From NCBI GenBank assembly GCA_016937715.1, contig JAFGWA010000005.1, positions 5,040 to 69,039 on the forward strand: a stretch of DNA of 64,000 nt. The letters run 5' to 3'. Shown here one piece after another: positions 17,955 to 27,421 of the stretch. Position numbers and translations under genes: made by a program. Positions within the stretch are counted from its first letter, which is position 1; each line of letters begins with the position of its first letter. The notes under the pieces are model-generated. The model was not told where the DNA came from. It did no database searches and saw only the letters and a program-made list of their open reading frames with translations. The stretch comes from Candidatus Goldiibacteriota bacterium (GTDB lineage: Bacteria > Oederibacteriota > PGYV01).

Positions 17955-20414
17955 TTAAATAAACAGCGTGGCGTCTGACCCGTCCGATGATTCAAGCATT
18001 GACGCGACTCCGCCTATTTCCACGCCGTCAATCAGCTCTTCTTTTTTAATCCCCATAAGGTCCATAGTCATCTGGCACGCCACTATTTTAGCGCCCCCTG
18101 CAATTGCAGCCTGAATAAGTTCTTCCACGCTGCTTATATTATGGTGTTTCATTATTCCCCTTATCATCAATGGCCCCATCCCCGCCATATTCATCTTGGA
18201 AAGGGAAAGTTTTTTGCTTCCGCGCGGCAGCATAAAACCAAAAGCTTTTTCAATAAGATTCTTTTTAAGCCCGCCGGGCTGCTTTGACTTTTTAAGGGCG
18301 TTTAATCCCCAGAACGTAAAGAACATGGTCATTTTGCGCCCCATGGAAAGCGCGCCGTTGGCAATAATAAACGACGCGATTATTTTATCCATATCGCCTG
18401 AAAATACTATCATTGTTTTATCGTGTGACGAAGCCATTGTTTTTATTACCTCCGTTTTTTCGCCGGCTTTTTCTATAACAGCGCTTATTACCCCTTTATT
18501 TGATTCAAGGGAAAATATTTTATTGCCCGTTGCGCGCGCCCATGAACCGACATCATTATAAAACCCCGGGTCTGTCGCCTTTATTTCAAGCCTGTCACCC
18601 GGTCTTATTGCGTCTATTTCGGTTTTAAGTTTCATAATAGGCCCCGGACACTGCAGCCCGCAGGCATTGACGGTAATGACTTTTGAGGAAACAATAACAT
18701 CCTCCCTGCGGTCCTGAGGTTTTAAAACTCCCATCTCCTGCTTTTCATCAAATATACCCTCATTAGACTGCTTGCCTGTTATGAAAGCATATGTAATGTA
18801 TCCGCCTGAAACGTTATATACATTATCATACCCGTTCTGCATCAGTATCCTGGCTGCAAGATATCCCCTTAACCCGACCCTGCAGTAAATCGCGGTTTTC
18901 CTGTCTTTGGGAATTTCATTCATTCTTCTGCGGATTTCATTAAGCGGTATATGTATTGCCCCGGGTATCATGCCAAGGTCAATTTCTTCCTTTTCACGCA
19001 CATCAATAATAAACCATTCATCCCCGTTTTTTACAAGCTCCCCGCAGGTTGTCTGTTTTACCCTTCCTTTAATAATATTCTCCGCTATAAAACCCGCCAT
19101 ATTAAGCGGGTCTTTGGCCGAGGAAAAAGGAGGGGCGTAACAGTGCTCAAAACTAAACAGGTCTTCTATTGTGCCGCCTTTCTGAATAAAAGCAGCGGCC
19201 ACATCAATACGCTTTTCAACGCCTTCATACCCGACCGCCTGAACGCCCAGTATTTTTCCGTCAGAAGGCGAAAACATCATCTTTAAAGACATCTGCGTGC
19301 CGTCGGGATAATAACCGGCATGGTTGTTAGGATGTATGAGAACGCTTTCATAATTTATCTTTTCACTGTCAAGCTGTTTGCTGTTAAGTCCGGTGGCGCC
19401 CGCAGTCATGTCAAATACTTTTAAAACCCCTGTCCCTATAGTGCCCCTGTACTTTGATTTATTTCCTTCCACAATATTATCAGCCACTATTCTGCCCTGT
19501 TTGTTTGCCGGGCCCGCAAGCGGAATAAATACTTTTTTACCAAGTATAGGATTTACAACTTCCACCGCGTCTCCCAAAGCGTAAATATCAGGGTCAGACG
19601 TCTGCATGTATTCATTAACTGCTATCCCCTTTACTCCCAGTTCAAGCCCGCATTCCTTTGCCAGTTTTACTTCCGGCTTTACGCCGATAGAAAATAAAAC
19701 AAAATCAGATACTATTTCCTTGCCGCTGTTTAAAACAGTTTTTATTTTTCCGGAACCTTCATTAAAAGACTTAACCCCGTCGCTAAGGTACAATTCTATT
19801 CCTTTTTGCTGTATATGCCCGTGAAGCTGGGACGCAAGTTCAAAATCCAAAAGCCCCATAACCTGCGGAAGCGCTTCCACTATGGTAACAAACATCCCCC
19901 TGTGGCTTAGATTTTCCGCCATTTCAAGGCCTATATATCCGCCCCCTACCACTACGGCTTTTTGAGGTTTATTATCACGTATATAATTGCTTATTTTATC
20001 CGTGTCTTCCATATTCCGAAGGATAAAAACTTTCCCGCTGTCAATTCCGGGAATAGGCGGTTTTACAGGTTCAGCGCCGGGAGACAGGACAAGTTTGTCA
20101 TATTTTTCAACATATTCGTTGTTTGTTTTAAGGTCTTTTACCCTTACTTCTTTTAACTTTGTATCAACCTTTAATACTTCCGAATTTATCTTTACATTTA
20201 CATTGAACCTGTCCCTGAACGATTCAGGCGTCTGTACAAGTAAATCCTGCCTTTCTGTTATTTCTCCGCCTATATAATAAGGAAGCCCGCAGTTGGCAAA
20301 AGAGACATACCCGCCCCTTTCAAATACTGTTATTTCCGCTGTTTCAGACATCCTTCTTAACCTTGCCGCCGTTGACATTCCTCCGGCAACCCCTCCGATA
20401 ATGACTATTTTCAT
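17955..20414 (-). CDS. four-domain fusion: CoA-disulfide reductase (FAD/NAD(P) oxidoreductase) - rhodanese - TusA-like - DsrE/DsrF-like; persulfide-reductase-type sulfur-trafficking enzyme
   Basis: N-terminal GGVAGG plus the SFANCGLPYY redox-Cys motif; rhodanese active-site YCRVGLRG; TusA CGLQCPGP; a C-terminal DsrE-like block. Confidence 0.8.
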   Translation of the reverse strand: MKIVIIGGVAGGMSTAARLRRMSETAEITVFERGGYVSFANCGLPYYIGGEITERQDLLVQTPESFRDRFNVNVKINSEVLKVDTKLKEVRVKDLKTNNEYVEKYDKLVLSPGAEPVKPPIPGIDSGKVFILRNMEDTDKISNYIRDNKPQKAVVVGGGYIGLEMAENLSHRGMFVTIVEALPQVMGLLDFELASQLHGHIQQKGIELYLSDGVKSFNEGSGKIKTVLNSGKEIVSDFVLFSIGVKPEVKLAKECGLELGVKGIAVNEYMQTSDPDIYALGDAVEVVNPILGKKVFIPLAGPANKQGRIVADNIVEGNKSKYRGTIGTGVLKVFDMTAGATGLNSKQLDSEKINYESVLIHPNNHAGYYPDGTQMSLKMMFSPSDGKILGVQAVGYEGVEKRIDVAAAFIQKGGTIEDLFSFEHCYAPPFSSAKDPLNMAGFIAENIIKGRVKQTTCGELVKNGDEWFIIDVREKEEIDLGMIPGAIHIPLNEIRRRMNEIPKDRKTAIYCRVGLRGYLAARILMQNGYDNVYNVSGGYITYAFITGKQSNEGIFDEKQEMGVLKPQDRREDVIVSSKVITVNACGLQCPGPIMKLKTEIDAIRPGDRLEIKATDPGFYNDVGSWARATGNKIFSLESNKGVISAVIEKAGEKTEVIKTMASSHDKTMIVFSGDMDKIIASFIIANGALSMGRKMTMFFTFWGLNALKKSKQPGGLKKNLIEKAFGFMLPRGSKKLSLSKMNMAGMGPLMIRGIMKHHNISSVEELIQAAIAGGAKIVACQMTMDLMGIKKEELIDGVEIGGVASMLESSDGSDATLFI

Positions 20415-20755
20415 GGTTTTAACCTCCTGTTAATATTTTTTCTGCCTTTTTCATAAATGTTTTTTTTGCGTTCAAGCGTTGACATGGTGATTTCGCCCAT
20501 CATCATGCACACTTTTGGAATTCTTTCATCCGCTATGGAATAAAAAACGCTCTGCCCCTGTTTTCTTGATAAAACAATGCCTTTATTTGAAAGAACGGAC
20601 ATATGCTGCGAAAGGTTTGCCTTTCCCAAACCGGTTTGCTTTATAATCTGGGACGCGCTTTGTTCCTTTACGCAGAGAAGCTTAATAATTTTAAGCCTGT
20701 TGGGATTTGAAAAAGTTTTGCAGATTTCAGACTGCGCTTTAATCAATTCTTCCAT
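20411..20755 (-). CDS. ArsR/SmtB-family transcriptional regulator (three Cys, possibly a sulfide/persulfide sensor)
   Basis: HTH ASQIIKQTGLGKANLSQHMSVLSNKGIV; stop overlaps the start of the CoADR-RHD gene by 4 nt. Confidence 0.8.
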   Translation of the reverse strand: MEELIKAQSEICKTFSNPNRLKIIKLLCVKEQSASQIIKQTGLGKANLSQHMSVLSNKGIVLSRKQGQSVFYSIADERIPKVCMMMGEITMSTLERKKNIYEKGRKNINRRLKP

Positions 20756-20783
20756 AACATTACCGCCTTTTTCGTTTGTTTAG

Positions 20784-20813
20784 TAGTTAACAAATTTATT
20801 AACTGTTAAACTA
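20784..20813. promoter_or_regulatory. imperfect 30-bp palindrome (TAGTTAACAAATTTATTAACTGTTAAACTA) upstream of arsR: candidate ArsR operator
   Basis: Inverted symmetry 30-60 nt upstream of the ArsR start codon. Confidence 0.4.
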
Positions 20814-20846
20814 TATCAGACGTTTTAACCCGTGTCAAGCCGGCTT

Positions 20847-21176
20847 TTATCCTTTTATCATCACAAGCATCATTTTAAATTTCTCCGCCGCTTTAAGGGA
20901 GTGCGGAATATCGGCGGGCATTATGATTGATTCCCCCGCTTTAAGATTTACCTGATTGCCGCCTATCTTTATTTGCGCTTCCCCTTCCGTTACATTTACC
21001 AGCGCGTCAAAAGGCGCGGTATGTTCAGACAGCCCCTGCCCTTTGTCAAAGGCAAACAGCGTTACGGTCCCGCTCTGCTTGTCTATTAAAGTCTTTGAAA
21101 CAACAGCGCCTTCGCCGTATTTAACAGACACGTTTAAATTAAATTTTTCAGCCATGATACGCCTCCTGTTTTTCAA
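20847..21176 (-). CDS. cupin-domain protein
   Basis: Small beta-barrel cupin signature (G..H....EALVNV.EGEA ...IMPADIPHS); 4-nt overlap with ldhA. Confidence 0.65.
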   Translation of the reverse strand: MKNRRRIMAEKFNLNVSVKYGEGAVVSKTLIDKQSGTVTLFAFDKGQGLSEHTAPFDALVNVTEGEAQIKIGGNQVNLKAGESIIMPADIPHSLKAAEKFKMMLVMIKG

Positions 21177-22219
21177 AAACAGATATTATTTTTCTTCTTA
21201 ACGCATGTTTTATTGCACTGATAACATATTTCATTTGTCAGGGTGTGTTTCTCAAAATACTCTTTTATATTGCCAAGTGTGGTATCCGCAATATTTTCAA
21301 CCGCTTCTTTTGTAAAAAACGCCTGGTGCGAAGTGATGATGACATTGGGGAAAGTTAAAAGCCGCGCCAGTACGTCATCACTTAACACCCTGCCGGAAAA
21401 ATCTTCAAAGAAATACTTATCTTCTTCTTCATACACATCAAGCCCCGCGTACCCTATCCTGCCGCTCTTTAATCCGCTGATTAAAGCTTTCGCGTCTATA
21501 AGGCTTCCGCGGCCGGTGTTTATTATCATCACGCCCTTTTTCATCTTTTTGATACTCTGCGTGTTTATCATATGAAAGGTGTCTTTGTTTAAAGGGCAGT
21601 GAAGGGTGGTAATATCAGCTTCTTTATAAATTTTATCCAGAGAAGCGTACTCTATCTTATTTTCAGCGGCGTACTTTTTATCCGGGAAAGAGTCATAGGC
21701 AACCACCTTAACGCCGAACCCTTTAAGTATGTTAATCATCTCCCTGCCTATTTTACCGGTGCCAATTACACCCGCTGTTTTTCCCTTCATGTCAAATCCT
21801 AAAAGCCCGTTTATGGAAAAATTGCCGTCGCGCGTCCTGAAGTATGCTTTATGCACTTTTCTATTAAGGGTCATCATAAGGGCGGCCGCGTGTTCCGCCA
21901 CCGCGTTTGGCGAATATGCGGGAACCCTTGCCACATGAAGGGTATTAAAAGAAGCTTTTAAGTCCACATTATTATAACCGGCGCACCTTAGGGCAATTAG
22001 CTTTACCCCCTGCTTTTTTAGTTCCGCAATTACGGGGGCGTCAATAGTGTCATTGACAAAAGCGCAGACAACATCAGCCGTGCCTGCCATAAAAGCAGTC
22101 TCTTTATTAAGGTGCGGCGGAAGATATTTAATAGTGTACCCGTATTTCTTATTAACGTGGTCAAAATTTACAATGTCATAAGGCTTTGCGTCAAAGAAAG
22201 CCACTTTTATCTTTTTCAT
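21173..22219 (-). CDS. ldhA: D-lactate dehydrogenase (D-isomer-specific 2-hydroxyacid dehydrogenase) with a Cys-rich C-terminal tail
   Basis: NAD-binding GVIGTGKIGR; catalytic-domain layout of D-LDH; the C-terminus ...ICYQCNKTCVKKKNNICF is unusual. Confidence 0.8.
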   Translation of the reverse strand: MKKIKVAFFDAKPYDIVNFDHVNKKYGYTIKYLPPHLNKETAFMAGTADVVCAFVNDTIDAPVIAELKKQGVKLIALRCAGYNNVDLKASFNTLHVARVPAYSPNAVAEHAAALMMTLNRKVHKAYFRTRDGNFSINGLLGFDMKGKTAGVIGTGKIGREMINILKGFGVKVVAYDSFPDKKYAAENKIEYASLDKIYKEADITTLHCPLNKDTFHMINTQSIKKMKKGVMIINTGRGSLIDAKALISGLKSGRIGYAGLDVYEEEDKYFFEDFSGRVLSDDVLARLLTFPNVIITSHQAFFTKEAVENIADTTLGNIKEYFEKHTLTNEICYQCNKTCVKKKNNICF

Positions 22220-22275
22220 ATTATTCCCTCCTTAACATGTATTAATTATATCATAAGCAATTTACGCTTTCGTCT

Positions 22276-22302
22276 TATATATCACTTATTTAGTGATATA
22301 TT
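22276..22302. promoter_or_regulatory. palindromic operator TATATATCAC-N7-GTGATATAT in the ldhA leader
   Basis: Matches the ATCAC-N7-GTGAT core also found at 22453-22469 and 36177-36197. Confidence 0.5.
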
Positions 22303-22452
22303 GACCGCTAAAAAAAGCCGTTTTCACGGCTTTTTATTTTTAAGAAGGGAGCAGGCTGATAAAGGGGTTTGGGAGGGGTATTATCGTAGATACCTGCTCC
22401 CCGTCTTATTGTTATCGTTTTAGTGTGTACCTTTTTAAAGAACCGTTTATGT

Positions 22453-22498
22453 ATCACCTTCTTAGTGATAATTATACTGATAAAATCAAAAAAGTCAA
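22453..22498 (-). promoter_or_regulatory. sigma70-type promoter (TTGACT-16-TATAAT) immediately followed by operator TATCAC-N7-GTGATA, upstream of ldhA
   Basis: On the minus strand the -35 is 22493-22498 and the -10 is 22471-22476; the operator at 22453-22469 abuts the -10, the same layout as at 36177-36225. Confidence 0.55.
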
Positions 22499-22833
22499 GA
22501 TTTTTTTAAAATTAATTTTTCAAAGTAAATAAATGCTGTCAAAGATAAAAGTTATAAGCAAGACCTGAGCCCTTTACTTATTTTTTTGGTCTTTTTACCT
22601 GGTAGGAAAGCAACTATTATACAGCGAGAAAACCCTCTTTCTTAATTCACACTCTTTAGTTTACAATAACCCTGTTGACACCCTGTTGTTCAAACCTTGC
22701 CATTTACAATTCTAAATGCTAATATCAATTATATAGCTTAAAAAGTAAGTGATTCATGATTTTGGTAATTAGCACCGAAAGTTTTAACTATTAAAGTGTC
22801 AAAATGTCGAGGTGATTAGTTACGGAACTAATT

Positions 22834-23190
22834 GTGTTGATAATATTGTTATCATTGTGGGCAAAGAACCGTAAAGATAAAGAAAACGAGAAGACAATAG
22901 CTTTAAAAAAATCTTTTTTTGAAGTCTTGGTATTCTCTTTAATACTATATTTTTTGATGATTGGTTTTATGATCCTTTTTGGAATACAATCTAGACCTTA
23001 CATCTTTATATTGATTTTATCTTTTATATACTTTATTCGTTTTAAAAAATTAGAAAAGATTTCAAAAGCCGAGAACAAATTAGCAGCATGTAAGATATAT
23101 GAAAAAGTAAATATTCTTTTCATTCTATATATATTATTTGTTTTACTTGCAATTATTGGAATCCTTATATCTGCCGTTTTAAGTTCTTAA
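22834..23190 (+). CDS. hypothetical small membrane protein (AT-rich; could be a non-coding artefact)
   Basis: Only ORF in a 1.2-kb AT-rich gap; the hydrophobicity could simply reflect T-rich codons; no RBS evaluated. Confidence 0.25.
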   Translation: MLIILLSLWAKNRKDKENEKTIALKKSFFEVLVFSLILYFLMIGFMILFGIQSRPYIFILILSFIYFIRFKKLEKISKAENKLAACKIYEKVNILFILYILFVLLAIIGILISAVLSS

Positions 23191-23397
23191 GTTGATTAGC
23201 AACAGTTTTAGGATTTTGATAACCATACCCCTTTTTCCGGATCACTCATAGTTAAAGTTCAAAAATCAAACAAAACACTAAAAAATTTAGATTATATTTA
23301 CTTAATTAGCACGTCCCCTGCGAGAAAAGAAAATCTATGGAACAAAGTACCTCGACTAAAACCTGCGACTACAATAACTTATTTGCAAAAGAATACC

Positions 23398-24057
23398 TTA
23401 TTTAAACACATGCCCTGCTTCACGGAACCATAACGTTAAATCAAGGCCGTCCATCGGGATTTTTATCTTTTTGGAAAATTTTTTCATCTTCTGTTCTGTC
23501 TCAAGGTACTTCGCGTTTGTCAGGCTTTCAGGAATCGCGGGTATTACCCCCATCCTGACAAGGTTCCTTAATATGTGCCTGTCTAAAATGGCAATGTCAT
23601 CGCCGAAACCGATATTTCTTAAAAAATGGCTGGCTTCCTTATAACCGTAACCTTTAATTTTTTTCACAAGCCATTCGCGCATTTCATACGGGTCTTTGAA
23701 CTCTGACAGGAACTCTTTAATTATAAACTTCCCGTTCTTTACGAATTTGTCCCTTGCTTCGCAGGCATATACCGCTTTTTTGTTCTTGAACCTGACGCCG
23801 TTAATTTCTTTAAGCTGCAGAAGCTGCGCCGGCGTGGCGTTTAAGAGAAGTTTTTTCTCCAGTATTTTTTCCACGCACGCCCAACAGTTAACCGCCTTTG
23901 ACTGCGGCGTGAATATGCAGAAAATCATTTCATGCATTATGTCACGCGATGTTCCGTTTTTCCACTTGCTCCTGAAACTTTCAAGGGCGCGGCCTATTGT
24001 ATTCTTCTGTGATACATATATTTTTTTTACAGCGTTTATTTCTGACGCATATGACAT
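23398..24057 (-). CDS. N-glycosylase/DNA lyase (Ogg2-type 8-oxoguanine DNA glycosylase, HhH-GPD superfamily)
   Basis: Length about 219 aa, the HhH region ...IKGYGYKEASHFLRNIG... and the following Asp match archaeal-type Ogg. Confidence 0.65.
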   Translation of the reverse strand: MSYASEINAVKKIYVSQKNTIGRALESFRSKWKNGTSRDIMHEMIFCIFTPQSKAVNCWACVEKILEKKLLLNATPAQLLQLKEINGVRFKNKKAVYACEARDKFVKNGKFIIKEFLSEFKDPYEMREWLVKKIKGYGYKEASHFLRNIGFGDDIAILDRHILRNLVRMGVIPAIPESLTNAKYLETEQKMKKFSKKIKIPMDGLDLTLWFREAGHVFK

Positions 24058-24073
24058 TCAGGCCGTTCTCCTG

Positions 24074-25261
24074 TTAAAAGGCGTTATTTAAAATTTCTTC
24101 CAGTTCTTTTCTGTCTTTTATCGGGGCAGGCACTCCCGCCACTTCTACAACCTTGTCCGCTATTGTTTTAAGTTCTTCCTGCTGTATGCCAAGGTCCTTA
24201 AGGTTGTCTTTTAAACCAATCTCTGTCATAAATGCTTTTAAACGGTCTATCGTATATGGTATTTTCATTTTATCATCAACGTCTTCCGGAATACCAAACA
24301 CACGCTGCCCAAATTGAATCACCCTGTCAGGCCTTAACCTTTCAAGAAACTGAAGATACGACGGCAGTATTGCCGCTATTCCGGCGCCGTGCGCTATTTC
24401 ATCATGCAATGCCGATATTGCGTGTTCAATAGGATGCACTGTCCAGTTGCCCGCGCGCCCGGCATTTGGCACGCCCATAAGCGCGACCGTGCTGGATAAT
24501 GAGATATCCGCGCGCAATACAGGATTTTTTAAATCTTTCATTAATTTCGTGCCGCTTTCAACGCAGGTTAACATCACGCCTTCCGTAATCCTGTCCTGCA
24601 GGGCGCAGTTTTCATCGCCTGTCAGATACTCTTCAAGCACGTGCATGATTATATCTATTATGCCTTCGGCTGTCTGCTTTGCCGGAACTGTTGTTGTAAG
24701 CAGGGGGTCTACAATAGAAACTTTTGGATACAAAAATTCCGGATTATATAAGCCCTGTTTCTGCCCTGTTTCCGGGTTTGAAAAAACAGCGGCCGGATTG
24801 CCTTCTGACCCTGTCGCCGCAAGTGTGGGTATAAGCATAAGCGGAAGCGCTTTTTCTATTTTATCCGCGCCTTTTTCAGGAATATAAACAAAATCCCAGA
24901 TGCTTTTTTTATTTGCCGCAGCCACGCACACGCCTTTTGCAGCATCCATAGCCGACCCGCCGCCAAGCCCTATTACCATATCGCAGTTTTCCGCTATTGC
25001 CAGCTCCGCGGCTTCATCCACTTCATTTACTTTTGGGTTAGGCGTCACATACGCGTAAACCACAAATCCAACGCCTGCTTTTTCAAGTGATTTCTGAACA
25101 GCATCAAGAAGCCCGGATGTTTTAACCGATTTTTTACCGGTGACAATTACGGCTTTTTTCCCAAGGTGTTTTGCTTCCGCACCGACGGAGTTAATTTCCC
25201 CCGCGCCAAATACAATTTTTACCGGATTTGCGAATGTCAAATTTTTCATTTTTTCCTCCAC
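24074..25261 (-). CDS. iron-containing (group III) alcohol dehydrogenase
   Basis: Fe-ADH family N-terminus ...KIVFGAGEINSVGAEAKHLGKKAVIVTG and His-rich metal-binding blocks. Confidence 0.85.
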   Translation of the reverse strand: MEEKMKNLTFANPVKIVFGAGEINSVGAEAKHLGKKAVIVTGKKSVKTSGLLDAVQKSLEKAGVGFVVYAYVTPNPKVNEVDEAAELAIAENCDMVIGLGGGSAMDAAKGVCVAAANKKSIWDFVYIPEKGADKIEKALPLMLIPTLAATGSEGNPAAVFSNPETGQKQGLYNPEFLYPKVSIVDPLLTTTVPAKQTAEGIIDIIMHVLEEYLTGDENCALQDRITEGVMLTCVESGTKLMKDLKNPVLRADISLSSTVALMGVPNAGRAGNWTVHPIEHAISALHDEIAHGAGIAAILPSYLQFLERLRPDRVIQFGQRVFGIPEDVDDKMKIPYTIDRLKAFMTEIGLKDNLKDLGIQQEELKTIADKVVEVAGVPAPIKDRKELEEILNNAF

Positions 25262-25440
25262 GTTTTTATTTTTACGTTAAAATACTAACATATAACGGTT
25301 ATTAAATCAAAGCACAAAGATTATTTTAAAAATATCCGGTTTTAGAAATAGTTTTATATTTATTGCTTCCTGTTTTTATGATTCATATAAAGCAACACTC
25401 AGACTGCACCTTGTCTTTGGTATGACTAACATTCATCTTT

Positions 25441-26388
25441 TTATTTGCTTCCAATCCACTCAAAAACCTCTTTATCCCACAATCCTTCATCCGACTGCAT
25501 AAAAGACAAATGCCCGGCTTTTGAAAATATAACAAGTTTCTTTTTCCCTTTTAAACTGTCATTAAGCAGTTCTGCCTGAGTGATTGATACCCTTTTATCC
25601 AGACTTCCATGAAGGATAAGAACCGGAACATTAACATTTTTTGCAAGTTCAGCCGGGTTAAAAGTAAATCCATTGTAACCTGATACAACACTGCCCCAAA
25701 ACACAAATATTTCCGCAAGCGGCCACGAAGGAATATTCATAAGGTCGAATCTGCGCCTTACTGTATCCAAAAGCCCTGCAAAAGGACTTTCAATTATCAT
25801 GGATTTAGGTTTTATACCGTATACGTTTATTGCCATTATTGATGCCGCACTTCCCATCGAAACTGCAAATAAATATATATTTTTATATCCAAGTTCCACC
25901 GCCTTTTTATAAGCAGCTTTTACATCATCCGCTTCATGATACCCTACGCTTGTTGAATTACCCGCAGAACCGCCGCTGCCGTAAAAATCCACAAGCATCA
26001 CATTATAACCCTTAGAAACAAACTTTAAAGCTTCCGGGATAAGCTGAGTCTTGCTTTCCGCATAACCATGGAACATAAGTACAATTTCATCTTTTTTTAA
26101 GCCTTTCAAAAGCCAAGCTTCAAGAACTGTATTATTATACCCGGAAAACTTAAGAACTTCGTATTTTATTGATAAAGGAACTCTTTCATTCGGCGGCTTC
26201 GGCACTTCAATACCTGTAAGTAATATTTTAAATTTATCTAAACCCGTTAAAGACTCCGGCTTAGGCGGTTTGTTACCAGAGTCTGTAAAATGGGTCATCT
26301 TATAAGAATGCATGATCGCAAAAATATTCAGCAGTAAAAACAAAACAAAAACAACCATAAGAACAAATCCTTTCTTTGTTTGCTTCAT
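25441..26388 (-). CDS. membrane-anchored alpha/beta hydrolase
   Basis: N-terminal TM helix, HG block (LMFHGYAES) and nucleophile elbow AVSMGS. Confidence 0.7.
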   Translation of the reverse strand: MKQTKKGFVLMVVFVLFLLLNIFAIMHSYKMTHFTDSGNKPPKPESLTGLDKFKILLTGIEVPKPPNERVPLSIKYEVLKFSGYNNTVLEAWLLKGLKKDEIVLMFHGYAESKTQLIPEALKFVSKGYNVMLVDFYGSGGSAGNSTSVGYHEADDVKAAYKKAVELGYKNIYLFAVSMGSAASIMAINVYGIKPKSMIIESPFAGLLDTVRRRFDLMNIPSWPLAEIFVFWGSVVSGYNGFTFNPAELAKNVNVPVLILHGSLDKRVSITQAELLNDSLKGKKKLVIFSKAGHLSFMQSDEGLWDKEVFEWIGSK

Positions 26389-26463
26389 TTATTCTCCCTA
26401 TTTATTTTACATAAATAAATACAGCAGACACATATTTCCGACATCATACGTTTAATAAATATA

Positions 26464-27111
26464 TTAACAACTTTTTATCATCCCCTGCAGAGATTTGACT
26501 TTTGTGGTGATGTTATCGGCCTGCGTTATTTCCGTTACCATCGCAATCCTTTTTGCTCCCGCTTTAACAAGCTGCGGGATGTGGTGTTCTTTAATCCCGC
26601 CCATGACGGTAAACGGAATATTAATTTTTTTGGAGATTTTCTTTAATGTTTCAATACCAAGCGGGGCCATTAAATTTTCTTTTGTCTTTGTGGCAAATAT
26701 TGGCCCTATGTTTATATAATCCGCGCCGTCTTTTTGCGCCTGCAGCGCCTCTTTTAAATTATGCGTTGATACCCCTATTATGAGACCGGGCGCAAGTTTC
26801 TTTGCCTCTTTGCATGGGATGTCATCCTGCCCAAGGTGAACACCGTCTGCTTTGCATATAAGGGCTATATCTATGTGGTCATTAATGATAAGCAGGGCTT
26901 TATATTTGTTTGTCAGTTTTCTGAATTCAAGGGCCATTTGTAGAATTCTGCCTTTATGGTACTCCTTTTCCCTTAACTGCACAATCTTCGCGCCGCCCTT
27001 TAAAACCTTTTCAAGCGTTTTAACGGATGAACCGTTGGAACAGAATTTTTCTGTTATAACGGAATATATGCCAAAAGGCGGGCTGTTAAGTTTTGCTGTG
27101 GGGCTTTTCAT
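26464..27111 (-). CDS. thiE: thiamine-phosphate synthase
   Basis: ThiE family (IYSVITE..., VQLREKE..., GVHLGQDD). Confidence 0.85.
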   Translation of the reverse strand: MKSPTAKLNSPPFGIYSVITEKFCSNGSSVKTLEKVLKGGAKIVQLREKEYHKGRILQMALEFRKLTNKYKALLIINDHIDIALICKADGVHLGQDDIPCKEAKKLAPGLIIGVSTHNLKEALQAQKDGADYINIGPIFATKTKENLMAPLGIETLKKISKKINIPFTVMGGIKEHHIPQLVKAGAKRIAMVTEITQADNITTKVKSLQGMIKSC

Positions 27112-27146
27112 TGTTTCTCCTTTTAATTAGTTTATCTCATAACCTT

Positions 27147-27169
27147 CTATCCCATATCCCATAAATAAA
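27147..27169. repeat. CTATCCCATATCCCATAAATAAA motif (tandem TATCCCATA) upstream of thiE; second copy at 439-461 upstream of comEA
   Basis: An identical 23-mer (roughly 41-bp similar block) lies 36-90 nt upstream of two unrelated minus-strand start codons. Confidence 0.5.
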
Positions 27170-27227
27170 ACATATATATGTAACATTTTAAGCCTCTACT
27201 ATTATAAAACAAAAAAATAATTCAAAT

Positions 27228-27421
27228 ACCCGGACAGCGCAGGAGCGCTGTCCCTACAAAAACACAACCAACTGCCGCGGGCTGAAGACCCGCGTCTATC
27301 CCGCCTGCTTCAGCTCGCAAGCTCGCTTCATTGCCGGGATTTCCGCTTCGCAGGCTCGCTCCAACCAGATCTAAACCGACCTTCCAAGCATCCAACCTTC
27401 CAAGCATCCAAGCATCTACCA
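27228..27421. repeat. composite repeat cluster between thiS and thiE: hairpin H1, hairpin H2 (CAACTGCCGCGGGCTGAAGACCCGCGTCTA) and CCAAGCATC octamer runs
   Basis: Shares 25-30-bp blocks with loci at 14421, 36932, 37318-37470, 47735-47840, 48107-48200 and 59827-59935. Confidence 0.7.
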
